From: Sphagnum compactum
Lineage: Eukaryota
DNA length: 64,000 nucleotides
Direction: 5' to 3'
NCBI GenBank assembly: GCA_965153455.1
Contig: OZ234493.1
Span: 6,376,213 to 6,440,212 of the forward strand
The translations under genes and the position numbers were made by a program. A model generated the notes under the pieces. It did not search any database and had not been told where the DNA came from. It saw only the letters and a program-made list of their open reading frames with translations. Shown here one piece after another: positions 40,518 to 54,660 of this stretch. Within the stretch, counting starts at the first letter, position 1, and the number at the start of each line of letters is the position of its first letter.

Positions 40518-41265
40518 ATTGGGGAATGGATTGTATCCCACAATGCCATATGGGATGCCTTTGCTTGCATTGTGAGAGATGTAGGGTTTCATGTTTCATG
40601 TCAGCAAATTCAACAAATTCATGCCTTCCATTGCTTTCCCTTCAATTTTATCATTAGCAAGTTAAGATCGTGTTATTGGTTGATGGCATCCGCACCTTGG
40701 CCGATGTTGTCATTGTCGATCTCATCCGAACATATTTAATTTCATGGGCTGAATAATCTTGTGAAGTCGTAGATCAAACAAAGGAAGGACTTTACCATAA
40801 TCGACACCTGGTAGATGCGTTTCTTCCCCTTGTTATATAAGTTTTTGATTGCTTGCACCAACAAGTAAATGATTTTTTTCATTGATGTGTTAACATGGTG
40901 TGGTTAGGAAAAGGCTTTGATGACCCTCCTCTAACTATTTTGTGTGATTTTCATAGGCAAAAGGTGTTGATAACTTGGCAGAGAGTTCAAACTGCATCTA
41001 TTTTGAAGTGTGTTGTCATTGCAAGTGAGGGCTCTTCTAGGGTAATTGCTTTTTCAAATTTCCCATCCCATTCTCTTTTTAATATGCTTCTTGAAATTGG
41101 TGGGGGTTTTAGAACATGATTCATCCTAGTGCCCCTTAATGACCTAGTTTGGTTTCTCACTTTGGGTTCTACTCTTTTGGCTTAAACTTGGGTCCTGTCT
41201 TTTTGTTCCTTCTTTCCCCCCTTGTTGGGTGCTTTGTTTAATGAAATTTGTCAAGGTTTCAACAA
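40518..41265 (+). mobile_element. 5'-truncated non-LTR retrotransposon relic with restriction-like endonuclease C-terminus (CRE-like)
   Basis: GEWIVSHNAIWDAFACIVRDVGFHV, DGIRTLADVVIVD, KEGLYHNRH..FLPLV, FHRQKVLITWQRVQTASIL; candidate TSD TAAACTA at 40511 and 41266. Confidence 0.65.
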
Positions 41266-41919
41266 TAAACTACTTCCATAAAACATAGATCTCCTCCAAA
41301 GTTTAAGTGATGATTGAGGTGTAGGCAATGGTGCACCTAGGACTTCAAATTGAGAAAAAATCTAACAATCTTATGTGAATTGTGATTTGTGAACCTACAG
41401 AAGTCAATTCCAAAAAAATAGTGCAACAAAGAAGAAATGAAAGTGGGGGAGTGGAGAGAGGGACTAAGTAGTAAGGACATAAGTTTGACATTAATAAGCT
41501 AAATGCTAGATGACTATTAGATCAAATTTTGCTTAGTCAATTATTGGCCTTTAGTTTTTACCTTTATCTTTTATATTGCCCCCCTTCCCCCCTTGCAAAA
41601 TACATCCTATAGAGTGGTCTTTTTATGTTTTCATTTTTATTATGTGCAAGTAGGCAACAAGCAATGCATTGTACACGTGAGTGTATACTATGTACATGAG
41701 GGAACAATCTTGAACCACATGAATATTAGATAATGTATCTAATTAACGAGGATTAAACCAACGATTAAACTGCTAGTTCAGCCAATTTTATTTCATTTTT
41801 TGGGTTCTGGTTCCATATAGAAATGGAGCCTAGAATCCAATTATGGGTCTGGTTCTTCAAAAATATATAAATTTTGGTTTTGCTTCTAAAAATCAGTCCT
41901 AATTTAACCCCCAAAAATA

Positions 41920-42316
41920 GGGCCACAGTGAACCAGCAGCACCCACCAGTGCACCATCCACTGGATGCCCGTTATTACTCACTTGTGGATGAACTTCAAG
42001 TGAGTTAGTATTTGGTTTCACCTTGGTAACCAAATTCTGTAAGAAATAGGTCTCATACATAGGCAAATAGGTAAGGAAAATAGGTAACTACTAGGTAACT
42101 AGATGTTTTATACATAGGTAACGGCTGCTTTTACTACCTACCTAATAACAACCTGCTTGTGGGTTGTTAGTGGGCAGGTAGAAAAAAAGTAAACAAAGCA
42201 ACTGAGCTAATCACCATGGTTAGCTAAGGCACTGGAACCCAACAGAAAATTGTTTCGCTGACCACTTACCATTCATCCTTCATGGTGCATTGGTGGGTGC
42301 TGGTTCACTGTAGCCC
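41920..42316. mobile_element. MITE, 397 bp, ~33-bp TIRs, 9-bp TSD (Mutator-like)
   Basis: GGGCCACAGTGAACCAGC(AGC)ACCCACCAGTGCACCAT ... ATGGTGCATTGGTGGGTGCTGGTTCACTGTAGCCC; CCAAAAATA at 41911-41919 and 42317-42325. Confidence 0.9.
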
Positions 42317-44418
42317 CCAAAAATAACACTAGTGATGGTATAGAAGTCTTTAGGAGATTTTTTATTATTTCATTTACTTGATACACAACCATTTGTATAT
42401 CTTAAGATTAGGTTAAAAATTCAATAAAATCCAAAATTTCACATGAAAAAATAATTTGAAATGCATAGCAATGGAATAAACCCTTGAAATAATAAGAACA
42501 TTGAATTAGTTACCTCCTCTTACTTACTTTTCAAGCTTTAAGTTGAAAGTACTTAATCTTGTAAGCTAATTCTAAGTCATGAAGCATTCACATAGGTATG
42601 CTTAAAGATCACCCATTACCAATAATACCCATGTTACTCATAAGGTGCAAAGTGCAAACTATTTCTAATGTGAAGGTGTTATAAACCCAAGTGAATGCAT
42701 AGTCCTGGCCTAAAGGCATGGCTCAATAAAAACAAGGGGTGTGTGACAAGGTGGCCTTGCCATTTACATTAGAAAGGTATTTTAAGGCAAAAGAAGAATT
42801 ATGAAAACTCAAATATTTCACAGTGCAAAAATATAATCTTCAAAACAAACCGAAATCCTTCAAGATATTATAACTCTATAATAACTAATCTCAAGTCTCA
42901 ACACAAGCCAAAATATCATCTTTCAAAAATCCTCACATATAAAATAGACCTATTTACCTATGGTCAGATTATCAAATTTTATTTTATTTTTTCAAACTCA
43001 CCTGATTTTCAGATAGGGTGGTTCTCACATATATAGCAACAACCAGTTTTCACATTCGATTTTCACAAGCTGATTTTTTTAATTAATTAAATTTTTTTAA
43101 TAATTTAATAATTAATAATTGAATTACTTCATCAAAGGAAAAGAGCAAAACCATGTGAGAAGTGTAAGAGCAATAAAGAGAGAAAAGTAATAGTAACAAA
43201 GCGAAGAGTAATAACAATAAAGAGAGAAAAGTAATAATGGGAAAAGATTATAATAGTATTAAAAATAAAAGTAATAGCAATAAAGAGAAAAAAAAATGGG
43301 AAGAAGAGTAATAGACCTAAGAAGAAAAAATGTAGTGGCAAGAGGAGAAGAATAGCAGCCCCAAGTGAGAAGAAGAACAAGAGGAACCAACAATAGTAGC
43401 CCCATGTGAAAAGAAGATTAAGAGGAACCAATGAACCAAATTTGTTTAAGACCTTGAGAACCAAATTCAGGGTTTTGTTTTTGGTTTTCTCCTTTTTTTA
43501 AAAAAAAAACCATTCCAATTTTCCTAGTCAATTTTCACATGGGTGAGAACCTTAAAAACAATTTTTAGTTCGATTTTCACCCAAAATGAAAATAGTCAAT
43601 TTTTGATGTGAAAATCAGACTAAAAATCAATTTGAAAACTAGGTCACCTAGTAAAACTGCCTAACACTAGTAAAAACAAAGTTAAAGGAGTCACCTAAAT
43701 GAGTGGACACTTTCTAAAACTGCACTTTTGTATGTTTGGAAAATCACAAAGGAAGCATAATAATTTGAATTGTCATAAAAAAATTTGGAATTTTTTTCAT
43801 CAATTTCAAAGTTTATATGCTCAAAACGTGACACAAATCAAAAGTGTTTTTGCATGTTCAAAACACTCAAACCTCAAAAGTGCACAGTCCTTAATTTTTT
43901 CAAACATCCTTTTTTAAACCAAATGTGCATCATTCTTATTGAAAATTGAAAAAGATATTAACATTGATGATTAGAAGGGCAAAAAGATTTGAAATGATGA
44001 ATTTATTTTTTATAACCGATTTGAAAACATTTGGTTCAAATGTGATTTTGACCTTTGGCTCTTTTTATCATGTTTTCACTATCAAATATTTATTTTTTAT
44101 TTTTTATTTTTTTATTTTTTTAACTTTTTTGTAGTGTGCCATGTGACAACAAGGTTGACTAGTAGTCGCAACACTTTATGACTCATGACATTAATTTCAA
44201 TGAATTTTCCTTTATTAATTGGTCATGTGATTAATGGCAATATATAATATCTCCTTTTTGGGATACATGCCATGTGGCAAGAGTTCATAAGGTGTGCTCA
44301 TTAGATTTATATGCCAAGTATTTTTTATAGGTTTTGTTATTGCCCCAAAGCTAATGGACGCCAATGTGTGAATTTAAAATCTACCCATCTATTTGATGAG
44401 TTGTCTTGGAATGCACGC

Positions 44419-44497
44419 ATAACAATTGGATGGTTGTATTAGTAATTTGAAAGAATTTTTTTCTTTCAAATTAATAATACAACCATCCAATTGTTAT
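44419..44497. repeat. Near-perfect inverted repeat: 37-bp stem, 5-nt loop
   Basis: ATAACAATTGGATGGTTGTATTAGTAATTTGAAAGAA-TTTTT-TTCTTTCAAATTAATAATACAACCATCCAATTGTTAT, 1 mismatch. Confidence 0.92.
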
Positions 44498-47400
44498 CCT
44501 TTGCGATTAATAATGATTTGGTCTTCCATGTGATGATGACATGGCATGCCATTTGATAACAAGGTGCCACAAATTTTCATGGAAATCCATGATTTTTTGT
44601 GACACCATAAGTTTTTGTTGGTTTTGAATTTATGCCACCAATATTTATGATGGCATGCTATAATTTTTTATGTGCTATAAGGTTTTTGAAGTCATGAATT
44701 CACATGCATGTGTATGCATATTAAACAGTCTATTGTTAACTTGTAATCATGATTATAATATTAATAGTCATTTTAAAAAAGGTGACACATTACTCCTTAA
44801 CTTTTTAACCTATGTATGTAGGCTACTTCGTAAAAACCTACTTTGTAATATAGGCTACATTTTTAAGTTACTTAACTAGACATAAGAAATTTATTACATT
44901 TAGTATGTTTAAATATATCTATAATTGGTTACCCTACTAATAGGTTAACCTCGGTAGGCTTGCATAGGTTCCTAGCTTTAGGGTTTTCGTCAAATCATCC
45001 TAGGTAGCCTCTTACAAGATATTTTATCAAGTTTATAACCACCTCAAGTTTGTGCAATTGGATGCGATTATGATGTGACTAAATGTGACTATGACATGAC
45101 TAGATGTGACATAATTATTTTAGGTTTTTATTTAGCTTAAGAATGCATAGGTTAACCTAAGCTAGGTTAGTAAGGAATATAGGTTGACAAATTAGTTCAT
45201 CTTAAGTCAACCTAAGGAGGTCTAGGTTTATGTTCGGTAGTAGGTAGGTTGACCTAGGTCAACTTAGGGTGGCCAAAATTAATTCAAGGCTAAAAACATT
45301 GAACTTTATAATAAGTTGTGTTAAATATAATTAGTATTAAAAAATGTGGTAATGCAATGGATGATGACTTGAACCCTAAAATGAAGGTGAGGGGTTCAAA
45401 TCTTCATTCTTGCAACCTATGACACCTAGGCCACTTGGCTTACGTTAGGTAGCCTAATTTAGGTTTCTTAGGTTAGGAGTCTAATGTTTGTTTTTAATTT
45501 AAGCTACCTAGCCTAAATTAGGTTGCCTACATTGCTTAGCATAGGTAGCTAGCCTAGCTAGGTTAGGCTATGTTGACTTTTGGCTATGCTAGCTACATGG
45601 GTTAATTTAGTTTGACTTTTGGTTATGTGCAATGACTCATAATGTGTTTATAGATTTTTGACACGTGTCATCCATCCATCAAGATGTCTTTTGTAACACT
45701 TAGTTGAGTAAAATGATTAAGTTAAGATAGCATGCACTTTACATGTCATACCAAAGTTAATGATGACATGGAATTTCATTATTATAAAAAATTTAAAAAT
45801 CCTTGTCGTTAAAATGATTAGGCTTTGCAAGTGAACGTCCCTTGCGACTAAATGGGTCAAATGACATGGGTTTAACAACTCACTAGTCACTAGTCACATA
45901 TGTCTTTTCTAACTAATATGTAATTGTAAAGGCCAATCACAAAAACCCAAAATGTGTGGTTTTGATTTACATTATTTTCACAATCCTTTTATATAGTAGT
46001 TTACAACATTGCTAAATGTCAACACATCAAAATTTAGCATATGGCATTATGCTAGAGATCACCATGTACATGCAATAATTTCAATATGAGTCAGCATACA
46101 ACTGCATGGTTGGACTAGGTGTGGGCTAAATATCTTTCGAATGGCAAAACAATGGATATGGTGTGAAGGAATAGTGCACGCATGTAACAATAGAACACAA
46201 CACATCACCATTGTGAAGCAAGTGCATGAACACATTAAAGACACTTTCAATGAATATGAAATTAATATCATCAATTGATGGCATGAACACACATTTGCAC
46301 TTGAAAATGTAAAGATAATTGTTCCTTGCACATCACATTATTGTGTTCATAATTTTTTTATAGTGCACTTACCATGTTGAACATCTTGTATGTCATTAAA
46401 CATCAATCTTCTTTTGTAAGAATAAAAGATCATAATGTGAATTCGGTAGCTTGATGATTTGCTCAAGGTCCATGAAATTGGGAATGATTTTTAAAAATAT
46501 TTTAAGCATATCAAATTTTGATGATAATGTTTCAAAAAATTAAAACTTCCAAGAATGGCAAATTGTCACCCTCACTCATTGTCTCAACCTAACAACTTGT
46601 AGACTTAGGTGAAGGAGACCATGCTCGTCTAATAGGAAATTTTGAGCCATTAGAAGAATTATAGGACCTTGGAAACATAGTTGAATCCAATATAAGGATT
46701 GAAAGCATCTTTAGATTGAGTCCTTGAATGAGTTAAAGTATTAAAAAATGGATGAATTCATGGAAAAAATGAATCAAAGGTTAAAAATTTGCAAAGTTAA
46801 ACTAAGAGTTTAAATGAAAACTTCAAGTCCCAAAAGTTCAATAAACAAAATATTCACAAGAAAACCAAAAGTGGTTTTATAAACAAATTATGACTTGTGA
46901 ATGATCAACATTGACTTGAAAATCTCCTTGTAAACATCTTGCATCACATCACAAGTAAAACACACTACAGTTCCAAAACTCCAAGTTCCAAGAAAATAAA
47001 TGAAGTAAAGGCCATTTACCTTAAGTCATTTGAAATCCTTTGACATCAAAATCATCTTCACCATGGCTACAAATCCTTTTTTCCATTTTAAAGCTATTTC
47101 CAATGAGTCTCTCACTAAACTACATAAATCCATATTGCAAAATGAATGCTTTCAATTGCATTATGAGGACAAGCTTACAAGAATAGAAGACAAATGGACT
47201 TAAAACTTGAATGGAAGCTTCAACTTTCAAGGGAGTGGTCATTCCAGCTCCCAAAAGTTGCAAAACGTTGATACAAGAATTAGAAACATATTTGCATCAA
47301 CAAAAACTCCATGGAGGAATGGATTTTGGTGACTTCAATTACATGGTTCAACTACATTTTGCTAAAAAGTTCACACCATGAGGTGAAAGGATTGATGATG

Positions 47401-49170
47401 GACATTTCTAGCTAAGTGCAAAATGAAGTTGTAGACTCTTGTTGTAATTGTTGCACCTCCCCAACCAAAGTGAAAATTTTGCACAAGTTTGCCAAAAATA
47501 AACAAGGTTGGCAAACATCCACCTTTGACCCATATTTTTGGTCTCATGCCCATTTCCAGCTTTGGTTGCAAGCATTCTCTTTTGACAACTCCTTAAGGTG
47601 AAGTACATTTATATATAATAGATGATATATGCATAATTTTAATGTTAGCAATAAATATATTCAAATATTTTTTGGATATCATTTTACTCATTGTAACATG
47701 CACAAGGATTGATTATAATACCCTTTTAATCAAACTATTATTGTGAACTAAATTTGTGAAAACTATGAGAAATCAAAGGAATGAAAATTTTGGGTTCATT
47801 CATGTTGTCAAAAGGCATGAATTCTAGAAAATAAACAAATAAATAAAGTCATTGCAAAAAATGATTAAAAGTACTATTACAACCTTCTATGTATAAGTTT
47901 TTTCCCCCTAATTGGTGAACATCACTTAAACTTCAACAACCACATTGAACAAACTAATATATCTATAATAACAACCCATTATTAAAATTGTTATCTTGCA
48001 CCATGACTTTCAATTGACACTATTTTCACAAGTTCTACCCCATGTAAGTTTTTGGCCATGTAAATATGTTAGTTAGTCTATTGAAAGTTGGGCATATATC
48101 CAAAAACATTTAGTATTTTCTTGGCAATGCAATGGTTACAAGTTCTTGCTAAATTTCAAAGAAGGTAACCACAAATTTACTACATGTTAATTTGTATGAA
48201 AAATGGCAACTTGATTATCTCATTTGAGTTGTTTTTGGGTCATCATAGAAAAAAATCTTCAAACCTTGATTATTTGACCTTGAAATCAAATTTTAATTCA
48301 ATTAAATTTAGTCCTGAATACATTGGCCACCTATCAAACATTTAAAATCCATGGTGTGTGCCCTATTCATGCAACTTAATATTCAATTATTATCTAGGTT
48401 GAGTTGAAAACCTTAAACATACCACTGTTTTCCCTTGATCTTACTTGTTTGAATGAACCCAAAATCATAAAAACGTAATAGAAATAATAAATTTATTGGT
48501 AAATTTGGTCAATGTAAGGGTGAAAACCCTTAATTTGACCAAAATGTAACTTGAGATTAGTAAATGGACCTAGAAATCTGTAGAAACATTTAACAAAGGC
48601 TAAAATCAAAAGGATTATCAAAATTGGTGGTCCCAAGAGTCTCCACATGAATTTTAAAGTTCATTCTTGTACTTTCATCGCTGATATTAAACTATTCATA
48701 AGATCTTTTAAATCTTGTACAATAATTATAAATTTCAGCATTGAAATCCTTATTTGGATAAAATTTGCTGAGTCTTTCGTTACACATTTGGGTGGTGGGA
48801 GTGGAGGGGCGGGGGAGGGTGACATGTCCTTTCATATGTGTTCAACTCATATGGGGTGGGTTTTGTGTCAAAACCACCATGGTGGGGCACCATAATGATG
48901 CAAATGGTTAAACCAAGATGGCGAATTGGGGTTTGAACCCCTAATTTTTCATGTGAATCGAGCCGTTGGGTTTTGGGATCAAAACTCAAAACAAGTAGGG
49001 CTGGTTTTGGGGCAAACATGATCAATTTCTTCTTGAGGCAACATAAAGTTATCTTGAAGCAACACCAAGTGTTATTTCGAAATTATCATTTGGAGCAACT
49101 TGGTGTTGCCTCACATTTCAGAGCATTTCGCTTCAAAACAATTCAAATGCCATTTTGAGGACAACTTAGT

Positions 49171-49511
49171 GTTGTCATAGGACATTGTATAATGTTGTTC
49201 CTTGTGAACTTGGATGACTTAAAATCATATTAAAATTGGTTGTGTGTAGGAAATCACACTTAGATTAAATCTTAGCAAATCTAGACTTAGTTAACGAGTC
49301 CAGTTTGGATTGAGTTTGGGAAGATTCTAGCTAACATTATGTAGTTGTCATAGGACATTGTATAATGTTGTTCCTTGTGAACTTGGATGACTTAAAATCA
49401 TATTAAAATTGGTTGTGTGTAGGAAATCACACTTAGATTAAATCTTAGCTAATCTAGACTTAGTTAACGAGTCCAGTTTGGATTGAGTTTGGGAAGATTC
49501 TAGCTAACATT
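49171..49511. repeat. 173-bp near-identical tandem duplication
   Basis: GTTGTCATAGGACATTG...GATTCTAGCTAACATT starts at 49171 and 49344; one internal substitution seen. Confidence 0.92.
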
Positions 49512-52500
49512 GTGTGATGCTCAAATCTATTCAAAATTTAGGAGCGAAGAGATGCAAAGGAGCTTGGGAATGCAAAGACACAAAGGCTGAGCTAAAAGGC
49601 ATTTCAGAGGGCAGGTCAAACAAGGGTTTGGGGGTGAAACAAAGACCCAAATGCAATATTACTTTTGTAGAGAACTCTAATACCTCAATTCCTTAATCAA
49701 GACTTGTGAACACAAATAGCTCAAGATTGGATAAAATCCACCACTTTGGAATTGTAATGTAAACATGTTTTTCTCCTTGCATACTACAAAGTCAAACATG
49801 TCAGGACCAATTTAGGTGAGAAAACTAGCTTGATCCTCTTTTTTTTCCTTGTCTTCATCCTGACTTCTCATTTCTTCCCCAGTTGCTACAAAACTTGGGC
49901 CCAGCACCCCTAGAGTAAGGTACTTTACAGATAACTCTAATGTAGTACACAAAGAAGAGACCAGAAACTAGGGGAAATGGGCTTATTGCGGTATGCAAAG
50001 TATTGATCAGCTTCAGCTGATACGTCCGCGGATTAATAATCACATTTAAATAATTTGCTGCATGCTTTGTGCCAACTAAAGTTTGTGTGTTCTGAAGCGG
50101 CTGATGTGTGTTCTGAAGCGTGGTTAAAAAGCAAGCTGAATGATTGAGTGATAACTATAGTTTTTTTCTCATGTGAAATTTTGTCAGTGAAAGTTAGAGA
50201 TTTTTTTGCTTCCTTTGGTACAAGGACTTCCAGACCCCATCCCTCAATCATTCATCAAACTTTGTCAAGGTGTGCCGGCTGCCTGGTCCTGAAAGTGGAA
50301 GGGACTGGGAAGAAGGCTTCAAGGTCCAATCTGAATTATTTAAGCACGCATCCCCAAGGTTCAAACAGAATCATTTGAACATGCAGTACGTGTTCGACAC
50401 TAGGCACTCTGTCAGCGCGAGAAAGAAATTGGGTGCTTCTGGTAACCCACTCGGCCATCAATAAGTTCATTTTACTGTCCTAAAGAATGCGGTTCAAACG
50501 ATTATGCTTGTGGTAGTAGAGCCTGACCTCACTCCGTGGACTGCCACCATATTCACTAGCAGGCACGGTCTGTGCCCCCTGGGTGCAGTAGATCCTATTG
50601 TTCTGCTCCTTTTGCAAAACTGCCGATTCTTTGCCGGTTCTTTCCAGTGGTTGGGCGGTTCTTAGAATGAGGGGTCAGATGCCTGCTGATATTAGAGTTA
50701 TCCTTAGAGTAACCCTGTCTTCACCCTGTCTTTGGGCCTCCTTTCACCCTGTATCCCCTCTTTCAGTGGTATCCGAAAAGTAAAGACATTTTAGTAAATC
50801 TCAGTATGAAATGCTGATACCCAGCATTTAATGCACAAGGTTCGAGACTAACTATAGTAGTTGTACAGTTAGTAGGAGCAGTGAAAATATCTATGGCAGC
50901 AGTGGAGGCGCTCAGAAAAAATGAAAGACAGGATGAAACTCAGTTTACCACCAAAATTGATGGTTTCATCCCCTGTTGAGTGCTAATGTACTTTTTTGCA
51001 GGTTTTTTTAAATATCACCCTGTGTATGACCAAACTCAGGGTTCTGGTGCTGTGTTTTTCTTACTTTACGGATAACTCTATTATCAATCAACCTGGGTAT
51101 ACATTCACTTATCTGTTGGTTCTCAAACAATTTCAAATGACCTGTGTTGGTAGATAACCATAGATCTCAAAAATATCGAGGGCTTCAATAAAAACCAGAG
51201 TCTCAGGTTCTTTTATTCCAAAAATTTTAAAGGACCAGAACCAAAGTTCTTTCTCATTCCAAAAAACCCAGAACCAGAGGTTCTTTGATTTTTAAAATTT
51301 TTCAAACAACTGGAGTTGGAGGTTATTAAAATAATCAAATAACCACCCAACAACTCTGGTTTACACCACATTGAGTCTTTGTAGCTGTTTGATTATTATT
51401 GAGGTCAAACTACACCCTCCAAGCAGGGTGCATTTGCATCCCCATTTCCAAGATTCAAATTTTTTATGACTATAGTTAAATTAGAGCTCCGCACTGCTGC
51501 GCACTACCAGTGACAATCAACTATTTAATTATTTCTTATGTTTTCATATGGCTTTCAATAATTCATCATTATTTATGTTAATGTCAAATTTAATTTTAAT
51601 TAATATACATTTTCTGGACATGAAAAGACACATGTTAATTTGTTTTTGATATCCATGTTGATGGATGCGAGAAAAAAATGAGATAGTTATAAAATGGAAG
51701 TATTTATTAGGAAAGATGGGAGATAATTATTAAGAAAGTTCATATGAAAAGGAAGCAGTTATTAATGAAGTAGTTAGGCTTGAAAATGAGGTATTTATTT
51801 TTTAAATTGTCCTTAGAATGGTTCATGGATGACCATATGAAAGATTCCAAAAAATCCTCATATACCAATTCCAATTACTTGTCACTAGAATTAGTACCTT
51901 GGCGACTTTGGCAAAAATAATATCATTTTTTAGAAATGTCAAAGTTTTCAAAAAAATACATTTCTCACAAAAGAACAAAAATTGTGAAAAAAAATGAAAT
52001 ATGTTTTTAATATACTCTGTTTTTTAAATGGAATCTTCAAAATGAATATTATTTGGCAAACATGTGCCAAAGCCACAAATGTCATACGGTATATGATGAA
52101 ATTGTGAAAAAATCTTTGTACCCAAATTTTCAAATTATTGGAACGTTGCATCTTTGAATGGAAAGATTTGGTAAGTTCAAAAAAAGGTTTGAACTAATGA
52201 AACCCTACCAAACTTTATTAAGCCAAAGCACCCAACGGAAGGGGAGAACAAGGAACAAAAGGAAAGGACCCATGACTGGGCCCCAAAAAAAAACCCCCTC
52301 AACCAAGGGGCAAGAAAGAGGAGTGGGAAAAAACACACGTCAGAAAAGGTGCCAAAAGGGTCCAAAGCCAAAACCCAAACCCACACAGTTGGAGGTGGAG
52401 AGGAGATCAAGGGGGAAACTGAAAAGCCAAAGGCACCGCTTATTGGAAGAGCATGAAAAGCCTAATAATGCTTTTGGTGATGTGTCATGCCACACAGTGA

Positions 52501-53354
52501 AAATAATGACCCACATTTGGATGTCGTGCTAGCCGCACCTCAACCCCCAAGGGACGATGAGGAACTAACTGTGCAACGAGCACAAATAATCACATGAAGA
52601 CCGAAAGGAGGAGGAAGCTCTAAAGTTGAAAGTGAAACCACAAGAAGAATGAAAGAAGAAAACCCGACACTAAAAGGGGGCAAAACCCCTCTGAAAAAGG
52701 AAATTTTGAAAAAGGATGGGAAAGGAAACAAACACCATCCAAAAAAGAAAATACAATAGGCAGCATGGACCAAAAGGGCAGCCCAAACCTAAACAAAAAA
52801 GAAACCCTCAACAACTACAAGCCTTCATCTTATGCCAACATTGCCTTCACTACTCTTCTACGAACACGTATCTCCATTGCCTCTTATCGCTCCTAGTGGA
52901 AATGCTCTTGTACACAAAATTACTTTTGTATGGGACAAAAAATGATGTGAGATAATGTTATAAATTTATCCCATATCCTTTGTCAACAAGTTGAACTTTG
53001 TAAACTATGTAACTAGATGAAAAAGTGCTAGTTTACACACAATACATGCACTAAATATTACTTATGATGAGTTAATAAAAAAAAATTGTCATTAAAAAAT
53101 ATATATATCTACTTACCTACCTATTTGTACCTACCTAAGTGGCTTATATTTAGGCTTGGTATAATGGCTTAGCTTTAGGTGCAACCTAGGAAAGTACATA
53201 TTGTAGGTTCCTATGGTAGGCCTAGTTGCCTAGGCTTTAGGTTTTAGGTTCCTAAACCTAGGCTTAAGTGCCTAGGTTTAAACTTTAAATTCCTAGACCT
53301 AGGTATTTAATTTTAGACCTAATTTAGATTTAACCTAGGTCATTTAGGTTTTAA

Positions 53355-53620
53355 CCATGTGGCATAACCTAAATGGCTATTATTTAAATGCCATCTCGCC
53401 TAACCTAGGTGGCCAATGTTTAAATGCCATGTGGCCTTACTTGGGTGGCCAATGTCTAAATGTTATGTGACATAACTTGGGTGGCTAATGTCTAAATGCC
53501 ACATGGCATAAGATGTGTGCCCAACGTTTAAATATCACGTGGCATAACTTGGGTGGCCAATGTTTAATGCCACGTGGCTTAGCTTGTGTGGCCATTGTTT
53601 TAATGCCATATGGCATTTGA
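53355..53620. repeat. 36-bp tandem array (~7 copies)
   Basis: GTGGCATAACTTGGGTGGCCAATGTyTAAATGCCAy; GTGGCCAATG variants at about 53409, 53445, 53481, 53517, 53553, 53588. Confidence 0.85.
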
Positions 53621-54399
53621 CCAATCAAAATTATGTTTGACCAATCAATTAAGGCTTGACCAATTACCCTAATAACCATCACACAAAACCACCCATATAA
53701 CCATTAATTGTACACATGTTACTTGGGCACCCTAAAAAAATCACACACAAAAAAAATTGAACCAAACCACCCAATTGCCTATTTAGTGGTTTCATTATCC
53801 CATTAGGGACTAGCCACTACCCTAAAATATTGAACCTACTAAAAACCCACTATAATGGTACCACTACAAAATGAGTGGTTTGCACAATGGTCTAACCACA
53901 TGTTTTCTAGTAATGATAATTGTTGAATTTGTAGCCAATTTGTGTTGAAGGACCATGTTCAATATGGATTGCAATACATCCATGTTATAACAACTTTTAG
54001 GGTTTGTATAATCCTTATCTTTTGATATCAAAGCAAGTTTGATTAGTAGGATGGTGGAGACATTATGCTAACTAAAAAGAATATTGATGGTGTTTGTTGT
54101 ATGTTCCATATAAAAAATGTCAAGTTCAAGTGAAAAAATAGATTCCCAACTGAACAATGATTCATATAGCAATTTGATTATCCAAACGAAGTTCTGACAC
54201 CAAGTCCAGGGGTTGTCAACATATGGATTTTCAAATTTGGTGCAAGAAAGATTGATTTGGATCCAACAGAAGCAAAAATAAAAGACTTGGTTCTTAATAT
54301 TTCATATTGTGGCTTCAATAAAAAAATGTAGATTTGGTTGAGGATGCAAGATGGAAGCCATGGATGGGAAACAATGGCCCAATTCCAAGGAAGACATTA

Positions 54400-54660
54400 T
54401 TCTTCAAGAGATCGTGATGAAGTTGGAGGCCATTAAATAAGATCCAAATTAACAATGAATATAGACATATTATGATCGGTTTGAATATTTACTTATTCAT
54501 GTGAAAAGATTTCAAATGTGGAATAGAGGAGGAGATTTCTAACCCATTTGGAACTATTTAAAATAAGGAAGCTATGTGTGGTACAATATTACAATGACAT
54601 GGAAGATATGTTAATTGTCACATTAAAAGTTGAACATGTTTTGGTAGAGCTAGGGAAAAA
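54400..54660 (+). mobile_element. LTR-retrotransposon gag-like relic
   Basis: EIVMKLEAIK*DPN..TYYDRFEYLL..RRRFL..IRKLCVV..MEDML..VEHVLVELG resembles the capsid major-homology region; frameshifted. Confidence 0.45.

Noticed and set aside
52158-52955. Lys-rich ORFs
   Set aside because: Compositional artefact of A-rich sequence; no recognisable domain.
44120-53915. CACTA-like ends (TTTTTGTAGTG near 44130, TTTTCTAGTAATG near 53905)
   Set aside because: I could not pair the termini or find a 3-bp TSD.
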